Assembly (NCBI GenBank): GCA_022641095.1 | Contig: JALCDB010000004.1 | Coordinates: forward strand, 28,773-92,772 | Direction of reading: 5' to 3' | DNA from: Bacilli bacterium | GTDB taxonomy: Bacteria; Bacillota_I; Bacilli_A; RFN20; CAG-826 | Length of the DNA: 64,000 nt | Shown here: piece by piece, positions 40,528 through 47,156 of the stretch | Layout of the letters: every line of letters starts with the position of its first letter | How positions within the stretch are numbered: the stretch's first letter is position 1 | Notes under the pieces: generated by a model | What the model was told of the DNA's origin: nothing | Database searches by the model: none | Seen by the model: the letters and a program-made list of their open reading frames with translations, nothing else | Position numbers and translations under genes: made by a program

Positions 40528-42210
40528 TCAGCGTTTGCGGATCTTCTTAGTTTTGGCCTCCAATTTCCTAATTCGCCGGCCGTTCCTCAACGAAGAAAGG
40601 CCGAACGCAAAGCCAAAAGCTTTGTAAAGCAGACAGCAAACGCCGACGAAGCCAAGAACGCCGCCGGCGATCTTCAAAGCGGCCAAGACCTTATCCCATG
40701 CGGAAGCCAGGTTATCGACGACCCCGTTGACGTGAATAGTGTAGGGATGCGTGATGTGGGCCACGGTCGTGTCAACGGGCGTGTCGACGCAAGAAAAAGT
40801 GATATCACCCCCGAGGAGATCGTTGTGGAACGTGAGAGTCAGAAGCCGGACCGAGTCTATCTGGTGGCATGAGGTGTTGGTGTAGTAGCCTTCGGCGCAG
40901 AAGCCGCCGCCGACGACATGGCGCTCATAAGGCCTATCGTTGAGAAGGATCGCGTAGTCGTAGGATCCGGAACCTTCGGAATCGGAGTAGTCGCGGTATT
41001 CCCGGCAAAGATCGACGAAGGGCTTAACGCGCGCCCCATTGGTCTCCTTGAAGGACTCCTCGGCGCTCAAGGCGGCCAAGGAGGCGTCGTCGAGCCTCTG
41101 GATCGAATCGAAGGCGTAAACGAGATCGTCGTGGCCGAGAAGCCATTTGTTGACGGGGTCGCCGCCGTCGGGGGCGGTAACGACGGTAACGCCGGAAGAC
41201 ACAACATCATAAACAGTTGGCTTGGAAGCGACCGAGTACGATTCATAGGTAATGCCGGAAACCGCTTTGGCGGGATAAGAAGGGAAGGGCCCGGAAAACT
41301 CGCGCCACTTATCGCCCAGATAATCAAGATAATCCGAAGGATCGCCATAAAGGCCGCCGTAAACATGGCCTTCATTCAGGTTCCGCCAATCGCAAAACAA
41401 AGGGCGGTGCTCGCTGGCGACATAAGAGGAAACGAAATATGAAACGCGAACGCTTTTGAGCAAATCAAGGCCGGTGATAGCGGAAGAAGAATCGCCCAGC
41501 TTGAAAAAACACCAGAAGTTCTCCAAAGCTGAGGCCGGGAAGTTCCCGGACCGGGGAACGAGAACGCAATCCAAAACCGCTAATTTCCTTTTTATCACCA
41601 CGTAATCGTCCGAGAAGCTTCGGGCGATTGGGTCAACGCCATCGGCCACGTCCTGCCAGCAGATCTCGAAATCGGAGCAAGCGCGAAAGAAAGGGACGTA
41701 GAAAGAAGAAAGGCCGCCCAACAGGGAAACCGCGACGCGATGACAGGAGCCGACGACGTACGGATAAGCGTTCCTGATAACCGACTTCCGGAAGCACCCG
41801 AAATCGGCCGGGGCGGTGCTGATGGCGAAGTTGGAGAAGGAGTCGTGATACGTGCCGTCGTCTGAAACGGCGGAGACGAAACTCAAAGAGGCGAAGCCAA
41901 AAAGGTCGGAATCGCCGGAAACGCTGGAATAATAATAGAAATAGAGGTCGCCTTTGCAAGGAACGATCTGGAAGAACCGGAAATCCGAATATGGGTCCGC
42001 CTCGGAGCCGGAACGGACCGAGGAACGAGGAAGGAGCCATGCCAGAGTCTGGCCCTCACAACCGGCTTCCTTGGCCTTCTCATCGAACATGGTCTGAAGA
42101 TCCACGGCGGCGTTGGAGGTCTCGATCTCGATATTGGGAACCGAGGCAAGGCAAGGAACCGACAATGAAGCGATAAGAGCAACGGTGGCAGCGAAAAGTG
42201 ACAAACTCAT
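40528..42210 (-). CDS. secreted protein with C-terminal membrane anchor (560 aa)
   Basis: Starting at ATG 42210 gives the signal peptide MSLSLFAATVALIASLSVPCLA. The C-terminal TM is GVLGFVGVCCLLYKAFGFAFGL, followed by a basic tail. The Arg-rich upstream ORF extension overlaps the preceding gene. Confidence 0.65.
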   Translation of the reverse strand: MSLSLFAATVALIASLSVPCLASVPNIEIETSNAAVDLQTMFDEKAKEAGCEGQTLAWLLPRSSVRSGSEADPYSDFRFFQIVPCKGDLYFYYYSSVSGDSDLFGFASLSFVSAVSDDGTYHDSFSNFAISTAPADFGCFRKSVIRNAYPYVVGSCHRVAVSLLGGLSSFYVPFFRACSDFEICWQDVADGVDPIARSFSDDYVVIKRKLAVLDCVLVPRSGNFPASALENFWCFFKLGDSSSAITGLDLLKSVRVSYFVSSYVASEHRPLFCDWRNLNEGHVYGGLYGDPSDYLDYLGDKWREFSGPFPSYPAKAVSGITYESYSVASKPTVYDVVSSGVTVVTAPDGGDPVNKWLLGHDDLVYAFDSIQRLDDASLAALSAEESFKETNGARVKPFVDLCREYRDYSDSEGSGSYDYAILLNDRPYERHVVGGGFCAEGYYTNTSCHQIDSVRLLTLTFHNDLLGGDITFSCVDTPVDTTVAHITHPYTIHVNGVVDNLASAWDKVLAALKIAGGVLGFVGVCCLLYKAFGFAFGLSSLRNGRRIRKLEAKTKKIRKR

Positions 42211-42695
42211 AACTGACCTCCCACGACGTAGCAAGGCTGATAAGTCGAATCGGAGGACGGGTCGAACCCATAGGGGGCCTCGCCGTCTTGCATAGCGGCC
42301 GAGACGAACCAAACGCCGGCCTTCGAAATAGAAACCGGGGAACTGACCACAAGGCCACCCAAGGCGGAAGTCGTGGCGGTCAAGGAGTTCTGCGGATCCC
42401 CGAGCCAAGCCCCGAAGGCGAGATCGCCGACCCCATCCCCGAAGGAGGACCAAAAAGCGAGATCGAGGAAACGGGCCGACTGGTCCTGACCGTCAAGGGC
42501 GACCAAATCCTCTGACGAGAAAGAGGCCGAGACCGCCGAAGCGGAGCCGGCCTTGTAAGTCAGCTCAAGGACGACCGGAAACCCGTCAACGACGGCCGGG
42601 ACGCCGATAAGCAACTTAGACGGGTCAACCGACTTAACGGACGCGGAACAGGAGCACAAAGCCAGACAGGCAAGGACGACAAGTCTCTTTTTCAT
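42207..42695 (-). CDS. lipoprotein (162 aa)
   Basis: Starting at ATG 42695, the sequence MKKRLVVLACLALCSC carries a lipobox, and the RBS gggagg is upstream. An ATGA overlap links it to the downstream gene. Confidence 0.65.
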   Translation of the reverse strand: MKKRLVVLACLALCSCSASVKSVDPSKLLIGVPAVVDGFPVVLELTYKAGSASAVSASFSSEDLVALDGQDQSARFLDLAFWSSFGDGVGDLAFGAWLGDPQNSLTATTSALGGLVVSSPVSISKAGVWFVSAAMQDGEAPYGFDPSSDSTYQPCYVVGGQL

Positions 42696-42704
42696 AAAGC
42701 CTCC

Positions 42705-42763
42705 CTCGTTCCTTCTGAAACAGGAAGAACGAGCGAAGCCCCTCCCCAAGGGCGGGGGAGGGG
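42705..42763 (-). other. two tandem hairpins between cistrons
   Basis: One stem is cccctcccc/ggggagggg (9 bp, 42739-42763). The other is ctcgttccttc/gaagaacgag (42705-42733). Neither is followed by a U-tract. Confidence 0.5.
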
Positions 42764-42775
42764 CGGGCACAGGGA

Positions 42776-43756
42776 TCAGCTGAACTGGACGGAAGAGGAG
42801 TCGGCGGAAAGCGAGGTCGGCGGGACGTAGGCCCCGACGAGGAAAGAGTAGGAGGCCTCCTCGAAGACGACGGACTCGGGGGAGGCGGCGGAGGAATACC
42901 CGCCCAGCTCCTTGGCGTTCCCGTACCAAATAAGGACGGAATGGCCGTCGGAGGCGTCCAGGCGCCTATCGAAGGAGGTCCCGTCCGGGCCCTTCGTGGC
43001 CGAGGGGAGGGCGGACGGATCGCTCGCGGTGACCTCGAAGATCAAAGTCAGATAGAGAGGGCGCGAGTCGTCGAACGACCAAGTGACGGTCTTGGTCGGG
43101 AAGTCCCAGGCGAGGCAGCAGAACGGGGACGACTGGGATTGGAAATCGGAGCCGGCGAAATTGACGAAGGAGAGGAGATCCGGAGAAGAAAGATCGCCAG
43201 TTCCGTACGAAGAGTAAAGATCGTCGGCGAGGGTCATCCTGACGAGGCTGAGCTTGGTGACGAAGTTGTAGACGGTGACCGGGATGGTGACGACGTCGGA
43301 GGCTAGGGCCTCAGGATGGGCGGTGACGTTCACGGTCCCGCTGAACTCGCCAGCGGCCAAAGTCAGAGTGACGGCCGAGCCGGAAAGGACCCTGCCGGCG
43401 CTGACGGCGATTTTCGCGGGATCGGAAGACTCAACCAGGACGTACTTGTCGGTGGCGTTCGCCGGCTCGATGGTGAAGACGACGGTCTTAGTGGCGCCGA
43501 CCTGAACGGATTTCTGAATACCTCCGGCGCCGAAGACGGTTCCGCCGTAGACCTTGGCGGAGAGAGAGCCGGACGAAAGAGTAGTCGTCGGAGCGTCGCC
43601 GTCGGTAGAACCGGAAGTTGCCGGGATAATCTTCCCGATCTCCGAATCGACCCAATCGCGAACCGTCTTGTTAAGCGAGTAAACGGCGGCGGCGGCCCCG
43701 GCGATAAGGGCCACGGAAGCAAAGATGGAGAGCCAAACACGACCACGTTTCTTCAT
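42776..43756 (-). CDS. N-terminally anchored surface protein with bacterial Ig-like (Big_2-type) region
   Basis: 326 aa. The TM helix is WLSIFASVALIAGAAAAVY. The segment VQVGATKTVVFTIEPANATDKYVLVESSDPAKIAVS..VTLT..GTVNVTA resembles a Big_2 domain. The RBS aggagg is upstream. Confidence 0.6.
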   Translation of the reverse strand: MKKRGRVWLSIFASVALIAGAAAAVYSLNKTVRDWVDSEIGKIIPATSGSTDGDAPTTTLSSGSLSAKVYGGTVFGAGGIQKSVQVGATKTVVFTIEPANATDKYVLVESSDPAKIAVSAGRVLSGSAVTLTLAAGEFSGTVNVTAHPEALASDVVTIPVTVYNFVTKLSLVRMTLADDLYSSYGTGDLSSPDLLSFVNFAGSDFQSQSSPFCCLAWDFPTKTVTWSFDDSRPLYLTLIFEVTASDPSALPSATKGPDGTSFDRRLDASDGHSVLIWYGNAKELGGYSSAASPESVVFEEASYSFLVGAYVPPTSLSADSSSVQFS

Positions 43757-43858
43757 ATAAAATACCTCCTAGGTATCAGGGCATGAACGCCCTTGGGAAG
43801 CCCCCCAAGGAAAGGGGGCCTCGCAAGGGAGCCTTGGTCTCCCAAGGCCCCGAACGGA

Positions 43859-44404
43859 TCAGACAGCGGGTCCGACGGGCGAATCGGATTCGGCTTTCAG
43901 AGACTCGTCGAACGAATCGTCGGCGGCGGTCCCATCAAACGGGATCGGCGCGTATTCCTTCCCAATAAGGCCCTTGGAAAGGCGCAGAAGAAGAAGCTGA
44001 ACGAACGGATCGGAGGGTTGGAGCCGATAGGAGAGGATAAGAAGCCTGTCGAAGTAGAGCTCGACCATGTAGGAAGACCGTTCCTTGCCTTGATCGTTTT
44101 GGCCCCAAACAAACTTCGTGATCCGAACCTTCGCCTTGGCGCGGAACTGCTCGGGAACGAACTTCCCGTTTTGGATAGTCACGAGAAGGCCGTACTGGTT
44201 ACCAGTCAATACGATGTGATACTTGGTGATGAAGTCGAAAATGACGTCGGCGGAATAGTTGTCGTTGACGGTCTTGGTGCGCCTGTCTGTGCGGCTCGAC
44301 TTCGTGATCAGAACGTCAATAGTTGGCAACTTGGCAAGCGACGTAGTATCGAGAGAACGCAGACCGACGAACTTAGCAGCCTCGGATTTTTCTTGGTTTT
44401 CCAT
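43859..44404 (-). CDS. hypothetical protein (181 aa) with acidic C-terminal tail, possible ssDNA-binding protein
   Basis: ATG 44404 is preferred over GTG 44440. The C-terminus is PIPFDGTAADDSFDESLKAESDS. No firm motif was found. Confidence 0.45.
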   Translation of the reverse strand: MENQEKSEAAKFVGLRSLDTTSLAKLPTIDVLITKSSRTDRRTKTVNDNYSADVIFDFITKYHIVLTGNQYGLLVTIQNGKFVPEQFRAKAKVRITKFVWGQNDQGKERSSYMVELYFDRLLILSYRLQPSDPFVQLLLLRLSKGLIGKEYAPIPFDGTAADDSFDESLKAESDSPVGPAV

Positions 44405-44448
44405 TTTGGAAACCTCTTTTCTGGCGCGTAGGTGCGCCACCCCTTTAT

Positions 44449-44464
44449 GCTTAGGGCCCTAAGC
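44449..44464. repeat. perfect 16-bp palindrome gcttagggccctaagc
   Basis: The palindrome was read directly. It lies in the only sizeable non-coding gap of the long operon, near a 6-bp-arm dyad at 44422-44439 and a 10-bp palindrome at 44527-44536. Confidence 0.9.
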
Positions 44465-44494
44465 CCATGAAGCCGTGCGGAACCAAGCGGAAAC

Positions 44495-44522
44495 TTGACA
44501 AACGCGCACGATAAGCGATAAT
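44495..44522 (+). promoter_or_regulatory. candidate promoter pointing antisense to the element operon
   Basis: TTGACA, a 16-nt spacer, then GATAAT on the + strand. No credible + strand CDS lies downstream. Confidence 0.35.
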
Positions 44523-44563
44523 GGGATCGCTAGCGAGAATGAGCCGCCCAAACGCGGACGTCG

Positions 44564-44869
44564 CTAGTTTTTCTTTCGCCTTTTGCCCGAAACGAACGAA
44601 TCGACATAAGCCTCGTCGGCCTTGCCCAACCGCCAACCGGGAATCGGCTTTCTGAACGAATGGTGGGAATCGGAGCGAAGCTCTCTCCTCAAATAGCTCT
44701 TGCGCGGATCCCGGGGATCGGGATTGGACGACAGCTCGTGGCATTTGTGACCGCCGGAGTAAGGGGAATGCGTGAGCCCGATGAAGTCGTAGGCGCGGCC
44801 ATCGTCGCCGACGATCAGAGAAGGGTGATTGGACTTCCGGTATTTGCGGAAATGCTTTTTGAAAGGCAT
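44564..44869 (-). CDS. small basic protein (101 aa)
   Basis: The ORF is tightly packed, Lys/Arg-rich at both ends and has a His-rich centre (THSPYSGGHKCHE). Its function is unknown. Confidence 0.5.
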   Translation of the reverse strand: MPFKKHFRKYRKSNHPSLIVGDDGRAYDFIGLTHSPYSGGHKCHELSSNPDPRDPRKSYLRRELRSDSHHSFRKPIPGWRLGKADEAYVDSFVSGKRRKKN

Positions 44870-44882
44870 GGCGGCGGCCCGA

Positions 44883-45116
44883 TCACCGAACGGCTTTCTT
44901 CCTGGCGGCGGCCCACTTGGCGCGCTGCTCCCCGAAGTACTCGCACATAGCCCTCCAGGCAGGAGTGCGGCTGTCCAAGCCCTTTCGGAGGGGGATCCCG
45001 TAATTGTGGTAATGGCCGTCCTCCGGGGTCGATGCGACCATGTAGAAGGCGCCTTTGCCGAGGCGGCCGACGTTCTCGACCCTGAACCTCTTCCTACCGT
45101 CCGTGAAGTAAGCCAC
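44883..45116 (-). CDS. small protein (77 aa)
   Basis: The ORF is tightly packed in the operon and no motif was recognised. Confidence 0.45.
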   Translation of the reverse strand: MAYFTDGRKRFRVENVGRLGKGAFYMVASTPEDGHYHNYGIPLRKGLDSRTPAWRAMCEYFGEQRAKWAAARKKAVR

Positions 45117-45118
45117 GG

Positions 45119-45355
45119 TCAGCGCCGCCTTTCCCTGAAATAGGCGCGGGCGGCCTTCAGGACATCCTCGTTCTGCCTATGGCCGGCGGGGCTTTCGCGG
45201 ACGCCTTCGCAGCGGAGGAACGAAACGTCGTAGGCCGTGCCTTTGCGGTCGCCCTCCACCCAAAGCGTGAAATTGTGGCAACCTTTCGGGGCCGCGGGGT
45301 TGTCCTCGAAATTTGTCACTTTCCTTTTCTTGCCTTTGAACCAAATCCAGGCCAT
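45119..45355 (-). CDS. small protein (78 aa)
   Basis: The ORF is tightly packed in the operon and no motif was recognised. Confidence 0.45.
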   Translation of the reverse strand: MAWIWFKGKKRKVTNFEDNPAAPKGCHNFTLWVEGDRKGTAYDVSFLRCEGVRESPAGHRQNEDVLKAARAYFRERRR

Positions 45356-45356
45356 A

Positions 45357-45491
45357 TCAGCGGACCCCTTTCCTGCAGTCGATCAGAGCCGAATCTTTGT
45401 AGCCAAGGCGATGAAGGACGGCCCGATAGCCGTTCCAATAGACCTTCTTCCGGAGAATCGACTCAAACGAACGCTTTTTAGATAACTTCAT
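45357..45491 (-). CDS. possible 44-aa basic peptide at the head of the operon (Cro/Xis-like position)
   Basis: The sequence is my own translation: MKLSKKRSFESILRKKVYWNGYRAVLHRLGYKDSALIDCRKGVR. The stop lies 1 nt before the next ATG. The gggagg RBS is 12 nt away, across a small hairpin. Confidence 0.3.
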   Translation of the reverse strand: MKLSKKRSFESILRKKVYWNGYRAVLHRLGYKDSALIDCRKGVR

Positions 45492-45633
45492 AGGTCTTTT
45501 TGACCTCCCAAACCTGTTTCAGACAACGAATCTCTAAGAAAGAAATGTAATCTACCTCGTAACATTAACTAAAGTTTGCAACACAAAAACTAACAAATCA
45601 ACAAAAAAGTTATGCAAAACGTACAATTTAGAC

Positions 45634-45903
45634 GTGAAATGGGAACGTTTAGCCGAATTAAGAAAAGAAAAAGGATTAACCCAAGAAGAGCTGGGCAATA
45701 CCTTTAACGTAACCAGACACACGGTGACAATGTGGGAAACCGGAAACACGGAACCGGATTACGCGACACTGATCAAACTTGCCGATTTTTTAGAAGTGTC
45801 GACTGACTATCTTCTAGGCCACCAAGCAAAAATCTCTTTAACCAAAGAGCAAAAAGAAACTCTAAAAAAAGCAGAAGAGATAATCAATGAAATAACCAAA
45901 TAG
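45634..45903 (+). CDS. XRE-family HTH regulator (cI-like repressor candidate)
   Basis: 89 aa. The HTH LRKEKGLTQEELGNTFNVTRHTVTMWETG is present. The gene is divergent from the long operon. The start is GTG. Confidence 0.8.
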   Translation: MKWERLAELRKEKGLTQEELGNTFNVTRHTVTMWETGNTEPDYATLIKLADFLEVSTDYLLGHQAKISLTKEQKETLKKAEEIINEITK

Positions 45904-45914
45904 AAAGGAAAACA

Positions 45915-46136
45915 ATGATCATCGATTACATTTTATCAGCCTCAGAATCAACAAACGACAGCATGGTAGGGCACATCACCACCCCGGAAACGACTCACAC
46001 ACCAGGGCTAATAGACGTGCCTTGGGCAATACCAGTTTTCGTAGGAATGGCGATAACGATAGTTGTTTTACTTGTCATCATCATAGTCAGGAAACAAAAC
46101 CAAAACTTTTTGAAAAAAGAAAAAAAAGACAAATAA
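45915..46136 (+). CDS. single-pass membrane protein (73 aa) with basic C-terminal tail
   Basis: The TM helix is WAIPVFVGMAITIVVLLVIIIV and the tail is RKQNQNFLKKEKKDK. The RBS aaaggaaa is upstream and the gene is co-directional with the XRE gene. Confidence 0.5.
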   Translation: MIIDYILSASESTNDSMVGHITTPETTHTPGLIDVPWAIPVFVGMAITIVVLLVIIIVRKQNQNFLKKEKKDK

Positions 46137-46252
46137 AGCCATACCACACTTTGACAACGAATCCATTCTTTAAGAATGAAAAAAGCTAACAAAACAATAA
46201 CAATAAGAAAACCAAAGATAGCAACTGAATAACATAAAAACAAGTGAGTAAT

Positions 46253-46272
46253 CCCCCTCGACTCCACCACCA
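46253..46272 (+). repeat. attR core (displaced copy of the ssrA 3-prime end)
   Basis: The 20-mer is identical to 33225-33244. Confidence 0.9.
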
Positions 46273-46280
46273 AGCAAAAA

Positions 46281-46303
46281 GCCTAGATTACATCTAGGTT
46301 TTT
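46281..46303 (+). terminator. presumed original ssrA terminator
   Basis: The stem cctagat-tac-atctagg is followed by tttttt. Confidence 0.7.
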
Positions 46304-46467
46304 TATTTTTCAATACCACAGTTTTGCCACATGTTTATCCGTGTTTTCCCGATTTTTGGCCATTGATCTTGGATTGGAAATCAAAGGTTTTTTGAAGCGG
46401 TTTCTCTTTTTTGTCTTTCCTTGTCATATCGTTTTCCATCGTTCAAACGGTTTTCTTGTTCCTTGCG

Positions 46468-46851
46468 ATGAGCGATGCCAAGAAAGGCGGACGCAACGAA
46501 ATACGCGATGGGGTTATCGCCGTTTCTTTCTCGCTTGGGGCCACGCTTCTGTCGGGTTTTGCCAACATCGTGTTTTGCTCAGCCTCCAGCAGAATAACCG
46601 ACCATGTCATCTCGCTTTGGATATCAAGCGCGTTAGGCGCTCTTTATATTCTCTATTTCGTTAAGTTGAAAGACATGGATTCGGCCGTTGACATAGATAT
46701 CCCGACCAGCTCGATCAAAATCGATCTAGACAAAGCCGACGCTCTTAAGAAATACAAAGATTTGCTTGATGCCGGCGCAATAAGCCAAGACGAATACGAC
46801 AAAAAGAAAAAGCGATTTATTGAAATGGGTTATTTTTTCGTTTTCCGATAG
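46468..46851 (+). CDS. membrane protein with C-terminal SHOCT-like domain
   Basis: Two TM helices are followed by DKADALKKYKDLLDAGAISQDEYDKKKKRFIE, the SHOCT pattern. ATG 46468 is preferred over TTG 46411. Confidence 0.55.
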   Translation: MSDAKKGGRNEIRDGVIAVSFSLGATLLSGFANIVFCSASSRITDHVISLWISSALGALYILYFVKLKDMDSAVDIDIPTSSIKIDLDKADALKKYKDLLDAGAISQDEYDKKKKRFIEMGYFFVFR

Positions 46852-47119
46852 CGAGGAATTTAAAGCGAAGCCACGGAAAAGGACTTCTTTCGGTCCGGAT
46901 CGAAGACGAGGGGCATTATGCTTGGCGATTGGCCTTGCGTTGGTTTCGGTCATCAATGCGCAGGTATCATCCATCTCCTCGATAGCTCTCGCCTTCGTCT
47001 CCTATTCCTTTGGCACGTCCATGCTCTGTTTGGCCATTATTGTCGTCTCGTGTTTCGTTTCTTCTCTTATTCCCTCCATGTCTATTTCAAAACGGAGTCT
47101 TTCCACCCTTTTGGGGTAA
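46820..47119 (+). CDS. possible small membrane protein (99 aa)
   Basis: The start is TTG and two hydrophobic segments are present. There is no other support. Confidence 0.25.
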   Translation: MKWVIFSFSDSEEFKAKPRKRTSFGPDRRRGALCLAIGLALVSVINAQVSSISSIALAFVSYSFGTSMLCLAIIVVSCFVSSLIPSMSISKRSLSTLLG

Positions 47120-47156
47120 GAATAAAAAAGGCATTGTCTTCCTGAAAGGCTAATCC

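Larger units (their letters stand above)
33225..46272. mobile_element. integrative element (about 13 kb) in the ssrA 3-prime end, either an inovirus-like prophage or a minimal ICE/IME
   Basis: A 20-bp direct repeat lies at both ends and a tyrosine integrase abuts ssrA. A Rep_trans initiator and a membrane P-loop NTPase are present. GC content is visibly above the flanks, except for an AT-rich XRE module. Confidence 0.85.

Noticed and set aside
42211-42929. Long N-terminal extensions occur on the 641-aa and 240-aa ORF-track entries.
   Set aside because: The extensions are Arg-rich and overlap the preceding genes. Internal ATGs at 42210 and 42695 give a clean signal peptide or lipobox, with an ATGA overlap at 42210 and a gggagg RBS upstream of 42695.
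35044-43786. Many + strand ORFs of 100-280 aa lie inside the element, for example 35044..35796, 36870..37721, 40330..40872, 40918..41442 and 43316..43786. There are also Arg/Pro-rich alternate-frame minus-strand ORFs.
   Set aside because: All are nested in the tightly coupled minus-strand genes. They have Arg/Gly/Pro-rich low-complexity composition typical of off-frame translation of GC-rich DNA, and none has a start context.
45577-45633. The XRE gene might use a leaderless-mRNA promoter, with TACAAT 6 nt before the GTG.
   Set aside because: No convincing -35 element sits at the right spacing, and a GTG start is atypical for leaderless mRNAs. I kept this only as a remark, not as a feature.
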